From NCBI GenBank assembly GCA_965219415.1, contig CBDCNP010000002.1, positions 480,001 through 544,000 on the forward strand: DNA of 64,000 nucleotides, read 5' to 3'. The notes under the pieces were generated by a model, which saw only the letters and a program-made list of their open reading frames with translations, did not search any database and was not told the DNA's origin. Shown one piece after another: positions 29,162 to 38,827 of this stretch; positions within the stretch are counted from its first letter, which is position 1; every line of letters begins with the position of its first letter. Both the position numbers and the translations under genes were made by a program. Source of the DNA: Candidatus Marinacidobacterales bacterium. GTDB lineage: Bacteria; Acidobacteriota; Vicinamibacteria; Marinacidobacterales; DATDRI01.

Positions 29162-31150
29162 GTGGTCACATCGAGGTTAGGTAAAACCGTCTTGGGATCG
29201 GCAGCCGCAGTGGGTGCCTGGCTACTATTCGTCTCTCCTTCGTTCGGACAAGGCGCCACCCCCCTCGCCGACCAATACATTCGGTTTCTCGAGGGGGAAG
29301 CCTCCTACGTCTTGACCGACCAAGAGGAAGAGGTCTTCGAAATACTCAAGACCGATGAGGAGCGCGATCGGTTCATCGCTTCCTTTTGGGAAGTTCGCGA
29401 TCCTACCCCGGGCACGACCCGCAACGAGTTCCGCGACGAGTACGAAGAGCGGACCAAGGAGGCCAACAAGCTCTTTCGCGGCTACGGACGGGAGGGGTGG
29501 AGAACGGAGCGGGGTCGTACCTACATTCTGCTGGGGGCGCCCCACGAGCGAAGGAGCTACGACCAGGCCCGAGATCTTTATCCGATGGAACTGTGGTTTT
29601 ATCAAACCTCGGATCCCGCTCTGCCAGACTTCTTCTACCTCTTGTTCTACCGAAAGGGCGGTGCGGGTCGCTATCGCCTCTGGAACATGATCAATGACGG
29701 CCCGCAAGCCTTGATCGCGTCGACCTGGGCCCCGGGCGCCGTCCGAGGTCAATTAGATCCCTACTTCCAGAAGGTCGACACCGATCTCTACCAGGCAGTA
29801 GTCGCACCGGTCCCAGGTGAGCCGCGCGCCTCCCAGGCCTTTGCGCAACAGGAGATTCTTGCCGTCATCGAGGACTATCCCAACCAAAGCATGAACCCCG
29901 AGTTCCAGGGCCGCTACGAGCCGGGCAGCGCCATCGTCGACGTCGACTACATGTTCCGTAAGATGGATTTGTCTCCCCTCGTCGCCATCTTGCCTTCCGA
30001 AAACGGCCCTTTCGTTCACTACGCCCTCGAGATGCCCGCCGAAGACGGCAGATTCAATCAATACGAATCGACGTACTACACCGTTTACGACGTCGAGGTC
30101 ATCGTCGAGACGCCAGTCGGCAAGCCCGTCTACCAACTCCGAGACAAACGAGAGATCGAAGTCGGGGAAAGCGCCTGGGAGGACGCGAGGATGCGCCCGA
30201 TAAGCCTCCAGGGACGCTTACCCATCGTGCCGGGCAAGTTCGTGCTCCGCTTCCTAGTACGCAGCCGCACCGGGCACATCTTCGATACCTACGAGACACC
30301 CATTCGCGTCCCGGAGAAGATCGATGTCTCTCACGTTGTTCCGGCGAGCTTCTTTCAACGGCGAGAACGGTTCGGGACCCAGCTCGCGTTCCATTTCCGC
30401 GACGCGATTCCCGTGCCTCATCCGACCGCGCTTTACCGTCCGGGCGGCGCTCTCCGCGCGTTCCTCGTGCTGACACCTTCCGAGTCGAAGGAACCGCTGC
30501 AAGTGAACGGTGAAATCGTGTACGGAGAAGAGCTCATCCACAAAGTAAACCAAGAATTCTCTGGAGGAACACCTGGTCGGCCGGCTCTCATGGCCTTCGA
30601 GATCGGCCTCCGAAGTTCTCTCGTCCCTGGCGACCATCGTCTGGAGCTCGAGCTGAGCTCGGGGCAAAAACGCACCCTGTCGTTTACGGTCGAGCCTGGA
30701 CCGAAGCTGGTCCCCCCTTTGGTGAACAGCCCAACCGAAGCGCCGAATACGAGTGGCCTCTGGAACGTGGAGCGGGCCAAACAACATATTGCTCTGGGAC
30801 AGAACCTCGCCGCACTCGAGTCTCTCGAGAACGCCGTGGAGCGGATGCCCGACTTGGAGTCGGCCCGTCTCCAACTAGCCGTCCTGGCGCTGGGTCTAGG
30901 TCAGCCCGAACGAGCACTGAAGGGCGTCGTTCCGGGACTGATGGCCGATCCCTTCCACTATGACATGCTCGTGCTCGCCGGCTATGCATCCGAGCAATTC
31001 GGTCAGCTCGACGGGGCGGTGAAATACTACGAGCGAGCTCGCGCTGCAGAGCAAGCGGATGAAGAGCTCCTCCAAGCTCTCGCCACTTTGTACGACAAGC
31101 TCGGCGAAGCGCAGAAGGCCGCCGCGGTAAGACGAGAGATCTCGGGCTAA
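29162..31150 (+). CDS. GWxTD-domain protein with C-terminal TPRs
   Basis: FWEVRDPTPGTTRNEF, GWRTERGRTYILLGAP, ELWFY; C-terminal TPR helices. Confidence 0.88.
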   Translation: MVTSRLGKTVLGSAAAVGAWLLFVSPSFGQGATPLADQYIRFLEGEASYVLTDQEEEVFEILKTDEERDRFIASFWEVRDPTPGTTRNEFRDEYEERTKEANKLFRGYGREGWRTERGRTYILLGAPHERRSYDQARDLYPMELWFYQTSDPALPDFFYLLFYRKGGAGRYRLWNMINDGPQALIASTWAPGAVRGQLDPYFQKVDTDLYQAVVAPVPGEPRASQAFAQQEILAVIEDYPNQSMNPEFQGRYEPGSAIVDVDYMFRKMDLSPLVAILPSENGPFVHYALEMPAEDGRFNQYESTYYTVYDVEVIVETPVGKPVYQLRDKREIEVGESAWEDARMRPISLQGRLPIVPGKFVLRFLVRSRTGHIFDTYETPIRVPEKIDVSHVVPASFFQRRERFGTQLAFHFRDAIPVPHPTALYRPGGALRAFLVLTPSESKEPLQVNGEIVYGEELIHKVNQEFSGGTPGRPALMAFEIGLRSSLVPGDHRLELELSSGQKRTLSFTVEPGPKLVPPLVNSPTEAPNTSGLWNVERAKQHIALGQNLAALESLENAVERMPDLESARLQLAVLALGLGQPERALKGVVPGLMADPFHYDMLVLAGYASEQFGQLDGAVKYYERARAAEQADEELLQALATLYDKLGEAQKAAAVRREISG

Positions 31151-31155
31151 CCGTA

Positions 31156-31332
31156 ATGAAATCCACGCATCGACCGATCCTGCCTCAAGTGGAGAACGAC
31201 TCCTTCTGGAGCCGACTCTGGCACTTCCTTCCTCCTGCCCTCGCATACTCCTTTAGGCACCTCACCATCGGCACCTGGATCCGCATGCGCCGCCGGTACC
31301 TGAAGTGGCGCGGGGAGAAGTACTACATATGA
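31156..31332 (+). CDS. Small 58-aa Trp/Arg-rich protein, unannotated
   Basis: MKSTHRPILPQVENDSFWSRLWHFLPPALAYSFRHLTIGTWIRMRRRYLKWRGEKYYI*; fills the gap between two co-directional genes (5 and 10 nt spacers). Confidence 0.55.
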   Translation: MKSTHRPILPQVENDSFWSRLWHFLPPALAYSFRHLTIGTWIRMRRRYLKWRGEKYYI

Positions 31333-31342
31333 GGTCGGCGAC

Positions 31343-32323
31343 GTGAAACTAAAGTCACCGCCTCCCGCAGAGTCCGTTTTCATGTATCGTGATGCGCCGC
31401 CCTCGGGGAACGAGATCAACGGCTTGGGGGAAACCTCACCACGCCGAGCGAGCTACGTCTTCCACTCAAATTTCAAAACCGGCCCGCTGCCGTGGGACGA
31501 GATGCAAACCCACTTTCGTTACACCTATCCGGGATGGATGTTGCCGCGTCTGCTCAAGAGCATGTGGCTGGCTTTTCGTCCCCAAGGCAAGGTCGCCAGC
31601 CAGCGTCGAGAAGTAAGCGATCCCGCCGCCATGGCCGCTGAGGTCAAGGCGAAGGCGAAAGAGTTGGGCGCGGGCATCGTCGGGATCTGCAAGATGCGCG
31701 ATGAGTTCCTCATCGAGGGAACCAGCTCTCCCTATCGTTACGCCATCGCCATGGGTCTCCCGATGGATCGCGACATCATGTCACAAGCACCGCGCCTCAA
31801 GTCGGGGCGCGAAGTCTTGCGGGTTTACCATCAGTGTTCCAAGCTCACGGTGGATCTGGCCCGCCACATCCGCTCGATGGGATGGCCGGCGGAGGGACTG
31901 CCCATCAATAGCAGCGGCGAATACCTCCACATCCCCATCGCGATCGCCGCGGGCCTCGGTGAGCTGGGTAAACACGGCTCGCTGATATCGAAAGAGTACG
32001 GCTCCAACTTTCGACTGACGACGGTCGCTACCGACCTACCGATGGCGCTGGATCAACCGGTCGATATCGGCGTCGATGACTTGTGCACTCGGTGTCGGGT
32101 CTGCACGGTCGAATGCCCCCCGGATGCTCTCTCCGACCAGAAGCAATGGGTGCGGGGCACCGAGAAATGGTACGTGGATTTCGATCGCTGTGTACCGTAC
32201 TTCAGCGATAATTACGGGTGTGCAATATGCCTAGAGGTTTGTCCGTGGTCGGAGTCGAGCCGCGGGTGGGACCTCTCGGAAAAGCTGCTTTCCTTGCGCT
32301 CTAAGACGCCCCAACCCGCATAA
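31343..32323 (+). CDS. Reductive dehalogenase/QueG-like 4Fe-4S dicluster protein, probably cobalamin-binding
   Basis: AKELGAGIVGI, AIAAGLGELGKHG, CTRCRVCTVECP, C...CAICLEVCPW. Confidence 0.85.
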   Translation: MKLKSPPPAESVFMYRDAPPSGNEINGLGETSPRRASYVFHSNFKTGPLPWDEMQTHFRYTYPGWMLPRLLKSMWLAFRPQGKVASQRREVSDPAAMAAEVKAKAKELGAGIVGICKMRDEFLIEGTSSPYRYAIAMGLPMDRDIMSQAPRLKSGREVLRVYHQCSKLTVDLARHIRSMGWPAEGLPINSSGEYLHIPIAIAAGLGELGKHGSLISKEYGSNFRLTTVATDLPMALDQPVDIGVDDLCTRCRVCTVECPPDALSDQKQWVRGTEKWYVDFDRCVPYFSDNYGCAICLEVCPWSESSRGWDLSEKLLSLRSKTPQPA

Positions 32324-32370
32324 AAAAACCTGGGACAGATAACCCAAAGAGATTACCCGTCCCCCGGAAT

Positions 32371-32985
32371 TTACTTTTGCAGGGCCTCGTGGACCCGGCC
32401 TACCAAGTCGGGCCCCGGAGTCAACGTTTGATCTCCTTCGTCCTTCCATTTGGCAGGACAAGCCTCGGCCTGTTTCTTCGCCAGGTACAGATTGGCCTTG
32501 AACTTCCTCATCAGCTCGTCGATGTTGCGCCCCATGTTGAAGAAATTCACCTCTGAGTTGAGAAGCGTGCCCTCGGGGTTGATGATGAAGGTTCCCCGGA
32601 GAGCCAATCCCGCTCCTTCCTCGTAAACGCCGAACATCCTGGACACCGTACCTGTGGGGTCGGCGCCCATCGTATACTTGACGCTCGCCAACTCTTTTTC
32701 GTGTCGTTGCCACGCCAGATGCACGAATTGCGTATCACAACTAACCGTGACGAGCTCCGCACCCATCTTATTGAAGCGATCGTGCTGCTCTGCCAGAGCA
32801 GCAAATTCGGTCGCTCAGACGAATGTGAAGTCGGCGGGATAGAAGAACAGGATCGTCCACTTATTCTGTGACTTGATCTCGTCGAGACTTATTTTCCCGA
32901 AGTCTCCCTTCACTGGATCGAACGTGGCGAGCTCGAAATTGGGCACCGGATGCCCAACTTTTAGCCCGTTTCCGGATTCACTCAT
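32371..32985 (-). CDS. ahpC: Selenocysteine-containing peroxiredoxin (AhpC/Prx1 type)
   Basis: AAGGAGG RBS and ATG 32985. FFYPADFTFV-TGA-ATEF places UGA (32815-32817) at the peroxidatic Cys position. The frame continues through RGTFIINPEG, GRNIDE and EACPAKW. Confidence 0.93.
32783..32803 (-). promoter_or_regulatory. Bacterial SECIS hairpin
   Basis: 11 nt after the UGA: UGCUGCUCU-GGC-AGAGCAGCA, a perfect 9-bp stem with a G-containing loop. Confidence 0.85.
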
Positions 32986-33049
32986 TGCATTTCCTCCTTA
33001 AGTCGCCTCTCGAGCTCGGCCCCGTATCATAACTCAACTGACCGTGGTC

Positions 33050-34474
33050 CTACCTCCAAAGTGAGCGCTTTGTCAGAATTCGGGAGCATAAATGACCCGC
33101 AAGGTACGTGGTCATGGCCCCAACCGCGACATTCCAAGTCCAAGCCAAAGGCGTCAGAAGACTGACCAGCGTGGGCGTGACCAAACCCGCCAACATTCCC
33201 ACCAGGGTCCCTGCCGCAGTAGCCCGACGGCTCGAGACGCCTAGCAAGAACGCACCTACAGTTGGACCCGACGCGTAGGATAAAGCCGCGAGCCCGGCCT
33301 CGAGTGCGGAAGAGACCCGTTGCGCCAACAGGGCGACAATCGCTTGGGCTACTCCCCAGAAGACGGTGAAGATCCGACCCAGACGTATCTGCTGTGCTTC
33401 CCCTGCCCTAGGATTCACGTAGGGGATGTAGAAATCCTTCAGTGTCGTCGAGGCAAGACTATTCAAAGAGGGAGACAAGGCCGCCGCTACCACCGCCGCC
33501 AAGATGAAACCGGTCCAGGCTCCCGGAAGCTCGTTGGCTATGAACGTCGGCAGGACTTCGTCTCCCCTTGCAAACGACTTCCCGCCATAGAAGGACCCAA
33601 GAAGCGTCCCGATCAAAAGAAACAGTGCGAACTGACCGAAGACGACGAATCCGGAAAGAACGAGCCCCCGTGCTGCATCTCGGGCGCTGCGTGCGGCGAG
33701 GAGTCGCTGAACCAGGTATTGGTCCGTCCCATGGGTACCGAGGATCAAGAACATCCCTCCGATGACTCCGGACCACAACGTATACGTTCTCCCGGCGTCG
33801 AGCGACAGATCGAGGACTTGGGTCTTGCCGGCCGCCGCCGCGGAAGCAAGAGTCTCCGTGATTCCTCCCGGCAGGGCATGAGCGACCGCAACCAGCACAG
33901 CCAATGCCCCGGCCAAGTAGACAAACAACTGAACGACGTCGGTCCAGATGGTGGCCTTGACTCCGCCTTCTTCTGTGTAGAACATCATCGCCGCCGCCAA
34001 CAACAGAACGAAGTAGGGCTCGGGAGCGCCAACCGCCACCGCCACGACCAATGCCGCGGCGTGAAGCCGTATCCCATCGGCTAAAGTTCGGTAGACCAGG
34101 AAGACGGCTGCCGCCACGTTGCGAACTGACGGACCGAACCGACGAAGAAGGAACTGGTAGGAGGTGAAGACTTCGCCCCGAAAGTAAGCGGGGATTAGGA
34201 CTGCGGCGATGATGAAGCGCCCCAGGATGTAGCCCAGGCCCAGCTGCAGAAAAACCCAGTTTCCGTCGTAGGAGAAACCGGGAACACGTGTGAAGGTGAG
34301 GGTACTGGTCTCCGTCGCGACGATGCAGGCGGCGATGGCCCACCAGGGGACGCTGCGGCTGGCGAGAAAGTAATCATCGACGGATTTTCTCTTCCGCCCT
34401 AGATAGACGCCGAAGAAGGAAATAGCCGCCAAGTATGCGAGCAGGACAACGACGGCAGACAAGGAGAGATTCAA
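33050..34474 (-). CDS. Sodium:solute symporter family protein
   Basis: DDYFLASRSVPWWAI, ATETSTLTF, GGVKATIWTDVVQ, GTDQYLVQRLLAA; probable TTG start with GGAGGAG RBS. Confidence 0.92.
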   Translation of the reverse strand: MNLSLSAVVVLLAYLAAISFFGVYLGRKRKSVDDYFLASRSVPWWAIAACIVATETSTLTFTRVPGFSYDGNWVFLQLGLGYILGRFIIAAVLIPAYFRGEVFTSYQFLLRRFGPSVRNVAAAVFLVYRTLADGIRLHAAALVVAVAVGAPEPYFVLLLAAAMMFYTEEGGVKATIWTDVVQLFVYLAGALAVLVAVAHALPGGITETLASAAAAGKTQVLDLSLDAGRTYTLWSGVIGGMFLILGTHGTDQYLVQRLLAARSARDAARGLVLSGFVVFGQFALFLLIGTLLGSFYGGKSFARGDEVLPTFIANELPGAWTGFILAAVVAAALSPSLNSLASTTLKDFYIPYVNPRAGEAQQIRLGRIFTVFWGVAQAIVALLAQRVSSALEAGLAALSYASGPTVGAFLLGVSSRRATAAGTLVGMLAGLVTPTLVSLLTPLAWTWNVAVGAMTTYLAGHLCSRILTKRSLWR

Positions 34475-34547
34475 ACACACTCCTCCCCGGTTGCCGCCAC
34501 CCAAGGAAGCGTGAGGGCGTTACCGCTGGCGTGTCGAACCGGCGCGT

Positions 34548-35021
34548 TTAACTCTCTGGTTCACCGGGTGTCGGCAGGTACTTCACCGGCACCGCCGACG
34601 CGATCCACCACTTGCCATCCTTCTTTACCATCACCACGGTCACGTGGTGCTCGAAGGGGGGCAGGTCCGCGCCGTCGGGTCCCTTCATGCCCAGAACGTC
34701 ACAATCGAAATCCAATGGGGCGACGTCGGCAGTGAGGAGTCGCACCGAGTTGCTTTTCACGTCATAGGTCGTCTTCTTCATGAAGGTCGAGTGCTCATCG
34801 GTGAAGAGCTTCTCCACGTCGGCGCGGCCCTTGGCCACCCGACCGAAAGGATTGATCAGCTCGCCATCCGGGGCCCAAGGGGCCGCCATCGCCTTGGCGT
34901 CGTTCTTGTTCCAAGCGGCGGTCAATTCTTCGAGGCGCTTCTGGATCGCTTCTTCGTCACCGGCGATGGCGGTGGGAAGTGCTACCAGGGACATAAGCAA
35001 AGCTAAGAAAAACGTCTTCAT
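34548..35021 (-). CDS. Secreted NTF2-like (SgcJ/EcaC, DUF4440-like) protein
   Basis: Signal peptide, AAWNKNDAKAMA, KKDGKWWI. Confidence 0.82.
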   Translation of the reverse strand: MKTFFLALLMSLVALPTAIAGDEEAIQKRLEELTAAWNKNDAKAMAAPWAPDGELINPFGRVAKGRADVEKLFTDEHSTFMKKTTYDVKSNSVRLLTADVAPLDFDCDVLGMKGPDGADLPPFEHHVTVVMVKKDGKWWIASAVPVKYLPTPGEPES

Positions 35022-35137
35022 GGTGACCCTCCTTGTGTTTCAGAATCGGGCCACAAGCTACATGGGGAGGGGCACCGCCTGCAAATGGGTCCGGCGAGCT
35101 GGTATGCTTTCATCGCCATCGAAGAGGAGAGACCAAA

Positions 35138-36565
35138 ATGGCGCACGCGTATGGACAACTCGTTGACGGTAAGTGGGAAACGGGGACCGAGGCGATCTCC
35201 GTAATCGACAAATACTCCGGCGGGGAGATCGGCACCGTGCCGAGTGCCAGCAAGGACGACGTAGCGCGGGCGGTCGGTGCCGCGGCCAAGGCGTTCCCCG
35301 CCTACGCAGACCTACCGGCCCATCGGCGAGCCAAGATTTTCACCCGCGCTTCCGAGCTTTTGGAGAAATACCAGGAAGATCTGGCCGCTACCATCTGCCG
35401 TGAGGCGGGCAAGGCATGGAAGTTCTCCCTTCTGGAAGTCGCCCGCGCCATCGAGACCTTTCAGTTCGCCGCCGAAGAAGCCAAGAGAATCCATGGAGAG
35501 ACGATCCCGATGGACGCCTCGGCGGGTGGCGAGAACCGGATGGGTTTCTACATTCGCACACCGGTCGGCGTGGTCGGAGCGATCTCCCCATTCAATTTCC
35601 CGCTCAACCTGGTCGGACATAAGGTTGCGCCCGCCCTCGCGGCGGGAAACACCGTCGTACTCAAACCGGCGACCACGACTCCGCTGACCGCGGTGCGACT
35701 TGGCGAGATCCTCATGGAAGCGGGCCTCCCCGACGGGGTCTTCAATCTCGTATTCGGCAATGGGGCCACGGTGGGCGATTGGCTGGTCACCGACCCACGC
35801 ATCGCCAAGATCACGTTCACGGGAAGTCCCCCGGTTGGTCGGCAGATCATGAGCCGCGCCGGCTTGAAAAAGATCACCCTCGAGCTTGGAAACAACTCCG
35901 GTACGATCATCGAAGACGATGCGGATATCGATAAGGCGGTCCCTCGGTGCGTGGTTTCCTCCTTTGCCAACTCCGGGCAAATCTGCATTAGTCTTCAGAG
36001 GCTCTATCTCCACGAGAAGATCGCCGCGGAGTTCACCGACAAGTTTCTCGCCGCCACCGCGAAACTGAACGTAGGAAACCCCCTCGATCGAGACTGCGAT
36101 GTTGGGCCCATGATCACCGAGTCCGAGGCGGAGCGTGCCGAGGCTTGGATGAAAGAGGCGGTAGGCAAAGGGGCGAAGATCCTGATCGGCGGAAAACGGG
36201 AAGGCCGTATGTTCTGGCCCACCGTCATGACCGACGTCAAGCCAAACATGAAAGTGGTTTGCGACGAGACCTTCGCCCCGCAAGTATCCTTGGTGACTTA
36301 TCGCTCGTTCGACGAGGCGCTCGACCTCTTGGCGGACTCGGCCTACGGCCTGCAAGCCGGCATCTACACCAGCGACATCAAGAAAGCCTTTCAGGCCATC
36401 AAGCGGGTGGACGTCGGCGGCATGATGGTGAACGACACGTCGATCTTCCGCGTCGATCAGATGCCCTACGGCGGGAACAAAATGAGCGGGATCGGCCGGG
36501 AAGGCGTTCGCTTTGCTATCGAGGAGATGACGAATATACGGATGGTCTGCTTCAACCTCTCCTAG
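35138..36565 (+). CDS. NAD(P)-dependent aldehyde dehydrogenase
   Basis: ISPFNFP, KPA, FTGS, LELG, GQIC, ETFAP, PYGG.K.SGIGREG; GAGGAG RBS. Confidence 0.95.
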   Translation: MAHAYGQLVDGKWETGTEAISVIDKYSGGEIGTVPSASKDDVARAVGAAAKAFPAYADLPAHRRAKIFTRASELLEKYQEDLAATICREAGKAWKFSLLEVARAIETFQFAAEEAKRIHGETIPMDASAGGENRMGFYIRTPVGVVGAISPFNFPLNLVGHKVAPALAAGNTVVLKPATTTPLTAVRLGEILMEAGLPDGVFNLVFGNGATVGDWLVTDPRIAKITFTGSPPVGRQIMSRAGLKKITLELGNNSGTIIEDDADIDKAVPRCVVSSFANSGQICISLQRLYLHEKIAAEFTDKFLAATAKLNVGNPLDRDCDVGPMITESEAERAEAWMKEAVGKGAKILIGGKREGRMFWPTVMTDVKPNMKVVCDETFAPQVSLVTYRSFDEALDLLADSAYGLQAGIYTSDIKKAFQAIKRVDVGGMMVNDTSIFRVDQMPYGGNKMSGIGREGVRFAIEEMTNIRMVCFNLS

Positions 36566-36584
36566 CATTATGGTTGACGATTAG

Positions 36585-37472
36585 ATGTTCGTCGTAATTC
36601 TCACCGCCCTCACGCTGGTCGCATTTGCCGCAAACTCCCTGCTCTGCCGCATGGCACTGGGTGAGGATCTCATCGATCCCGTGACCTTTACGACCCTTCG
36701 TCTGGCGAGCGGCGCGATAATTCTCGTTCCCATCTCGAAGCTGGTGGCCGAGTCACCCCCGGCCGGACACGGCCTGGAAAAGCAAGACCTGCGAGGATCA
36801 TGGAGCTCGGGCTTGGCGTTGTTCGTGTACGCGGCCGCGTTCTCGCTCGCCTATCTCTCCCTGGACGCAGGAATGGGTGCGCTCATACTCTTTGGGGCGG
36901 TGCAGGCGACGATGATGGGTGCGGGACTGAGATCAGGTGAACGGCCGCACCCTGTTCAATGGCTTGGGCTCATTACCGCACTCGGCGGGCTCGTCTATCT
37001 CGTTTCGCCCGGGATCTCGGCGCCCGATCCACTCGGAGCGTTCTTGATGTTCATTGCCGGGATTGCCTGGGGCGCATACTCAGTTCGAGGTAGAGGCGTG
37101 GCCGCACCCGTTTCGTCAACAACCGCCAACTTCGCTCGAGCCGTCCCCATGGCAGCCATCGCCAGTGCGCTCGCGTTCTCATGGATTCACGTTGAGCGAA
37201 CCGGAGCCATCTTGGCCCTTGTGTCCGGGACCATCACGTCTGGGCTGGGGTACGTTCTGTGGTACAAGGCCCTTCGAGGCTTAACAACGACGCGAGCGTC
37301 CATCGTGCAACTCCTCGTGCCGGTTCTCGCCGCTTTCGGCGGTGTCGTGTTTCTGGCCGAGGGGGTGTCCGCAAGACTAGCCATCGCGAGCGCGATGATA
37401 CTTGGAGGCGTTGCCATGGCGGTCTTGACCCGTGCATCGGAGCCCAGCGAAGACCCAGTGAGACATGGATAA
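36585..37472 (+). CDS. DMT/EamA-family transporter
   Basis: About 10 TM segments; AFAANSLLCR, SGLGYVLWY, QLLVPVLAA. Confidence 0.9.
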   Translation: MFVVILTALTLVAFAANSLLCRMALGEDLIDPVTFTTLRLASGAIILVPISKLVAESPPAGHGLEKQDLRGSWSSGLALFVYAAAFSLAYLSLDAGMGALILFGAVQATMMGAGLRSGERPHPVQWLGLITALGGLVYLVSPGISAPDPLGAFLMFIAGIAWGAYSVRGRGVAAPVSSTTANFARAVPMAAIASALAFSWIHVERTGAILALVSGTITSGLGYVLWYKALRGLTTTRASIVQLLVPVLAAFGGVVFLAEGVSARLAIASAMILGGVAMAVLTRASEPSEDPVRHG

Positions 37473-37626
37473 GACGGAGCCCTTCGATACTGCCACCGGT
37501 TGCGAGTACGTCGAGTCCGACGACGTTGCGCTCGAGCGTCGGAGGCAGTAGGCTCCTACCAGCCGCACCAGTTCAGAAATGAATCTCCGCAGACACCGGC
37601 TGCTGCCCAAACACTAGGAGGACGCT

Positions 37627-38817
37627 ATGTCGGTTACGCGTCGGGCCTTCATGAGCACGTTGGGGTTGGAAAAACATGGAGCGCTTTCGCTCCCCTTGAT
37701 CGCCGCTCGCGGTCGCGAGGCGCTGGCGGCCACCGAGCCCCGCTCGCCCGCCATTCCCCCGCCTCCCGATTTGGACGAGATCCGTATCAGCAGCAACGAG
37801 AACCCCTTGGGACCGGGACCGTCGGCCATCCGTTCTCTTCGTGGGGCGCTCGATCAGACCAGGCTTTATCCGATGAATGCGCGGATATCCGACTCGGCCC
37901 TGAGGGAGCGCCTGGCCAGGAAGTTTGGCGTCCAGTCGGAGAACCTCGTGCTTGCCGCAGGCTCGAGCGAAATCCTGCGAAACGCGGTCCGTGCTTTTAC
38001 CGGGCCCAACGAGCCTCTCGTCACCGGGGACTGCTCCTTCGAGAACCCGGTCAAGGCCGCGGAACGGTTTGGGCGTCCGGTGAAGGCTATTCCGCTCACT
38101 GCGGATCTTGCGCTCGATCTGGACAAGATGGCGGGAGCCGCCATCGGAGCGGGGTTGGTCTATCTCTGCAACCCCAACAACCCTACCGCCACCGTCCATT
38201 CGGCCAACGCGGTGAAGGACTTCGTGAAGTTTGTGACCAGGGAATCGTCTTACACGCATATTCTGATCGACGAGGCGTATCACGATTATGTGACCGACCC
38301 ATCCTACGAGACGTCCGCCGAGCTGGCGACGAGGTACCGCAACGTGTTCGTGAGCCGCACGTTTTCGAAGGCGTACGGAATGGCCGGGCTGCGACAAGGT
38401 TACGCGGTTGGTGGCAAGGAAACGGTCGGCAAACTGCGAGCGCTCAAACTAACGGTGGACACCAACATTCTCGGCATGGCCGCTGCCATGGGAGCTCTCG
38501 ACGACGACGCGCACATCGAGGAAGAAGTGGCCCGCAACACCGCGGCCCGCAAGTACACGCTCGATTTCTTCCGGCGTGCCGGATACCGAACCACCGACAG
38601 TCAGACGAACTTCATCTTCGTGCACTTGGGGAGTCCTGCGAAAGAATTTCGGGAATCCTGCGAGAAGTACAAGATCAAAGTGGGAAGGGACTTCTCTCCC
38701 TACGAGAAAACTCACGCACGGATCTCCATCGGGACCATGGAGGAGATGCGTCGGGCCACCGAGGTCTTCCAGCGGGTTCTCGGTACGTCCGCCACCGACT
38801 CTGCCGGGCAAAGGTAA
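37627..38817 (+). CDS. Tat-signal HisC-like PLP aminotransferase (class I/II)
   Basis: TRRAF signal, SNENPLGP, CNPNNPT, DEAY, RTFSKAYGMAGLR. Confidence 0.9.
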   Translation: MSVTRRAFMSTLGLEKHGALSLPLIAARGREALAATEPRSPAIPPPPDLDEIRISSNENPLGPGPSAIRSLRGALDQTRLYPMNARISDSALRERLARKFGVQSENLVLAAGSSEILRNAVRAFTGPNEPLVTGDCSFENPVKAAERFGRPVKAIPLTADLALDLDKMAGAAIGAGLVYLCNPNNPTATVHSANAVKDFVKFVTRESSYTHILIDEAYHDYVTDPSYETSAELATRYRNVFVSRTFSKAYGMAGLRQGYAVGGKETVGKLRALKLTVDTNILGMAAAMGALDDDAHIEEEVARNTAARKYTLDFFRRAGYRTTDSQTNFIFVHLGSPAKEFRESCEKYKIKVGRDFSPYEKTHARISIGTMEEMRRATEVFQRVLGTSATDSAGQR

Positions 38818-38827
38818 GGAGGTCGAC

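Noticed and set aside
32329-32367. Terminator between the RdhA-like gene and ahpC
   Set aside because: The stem (GGGACAGATAA/TTACCCGTCCC) is imperfect with a long loop; plausible but not supportable.
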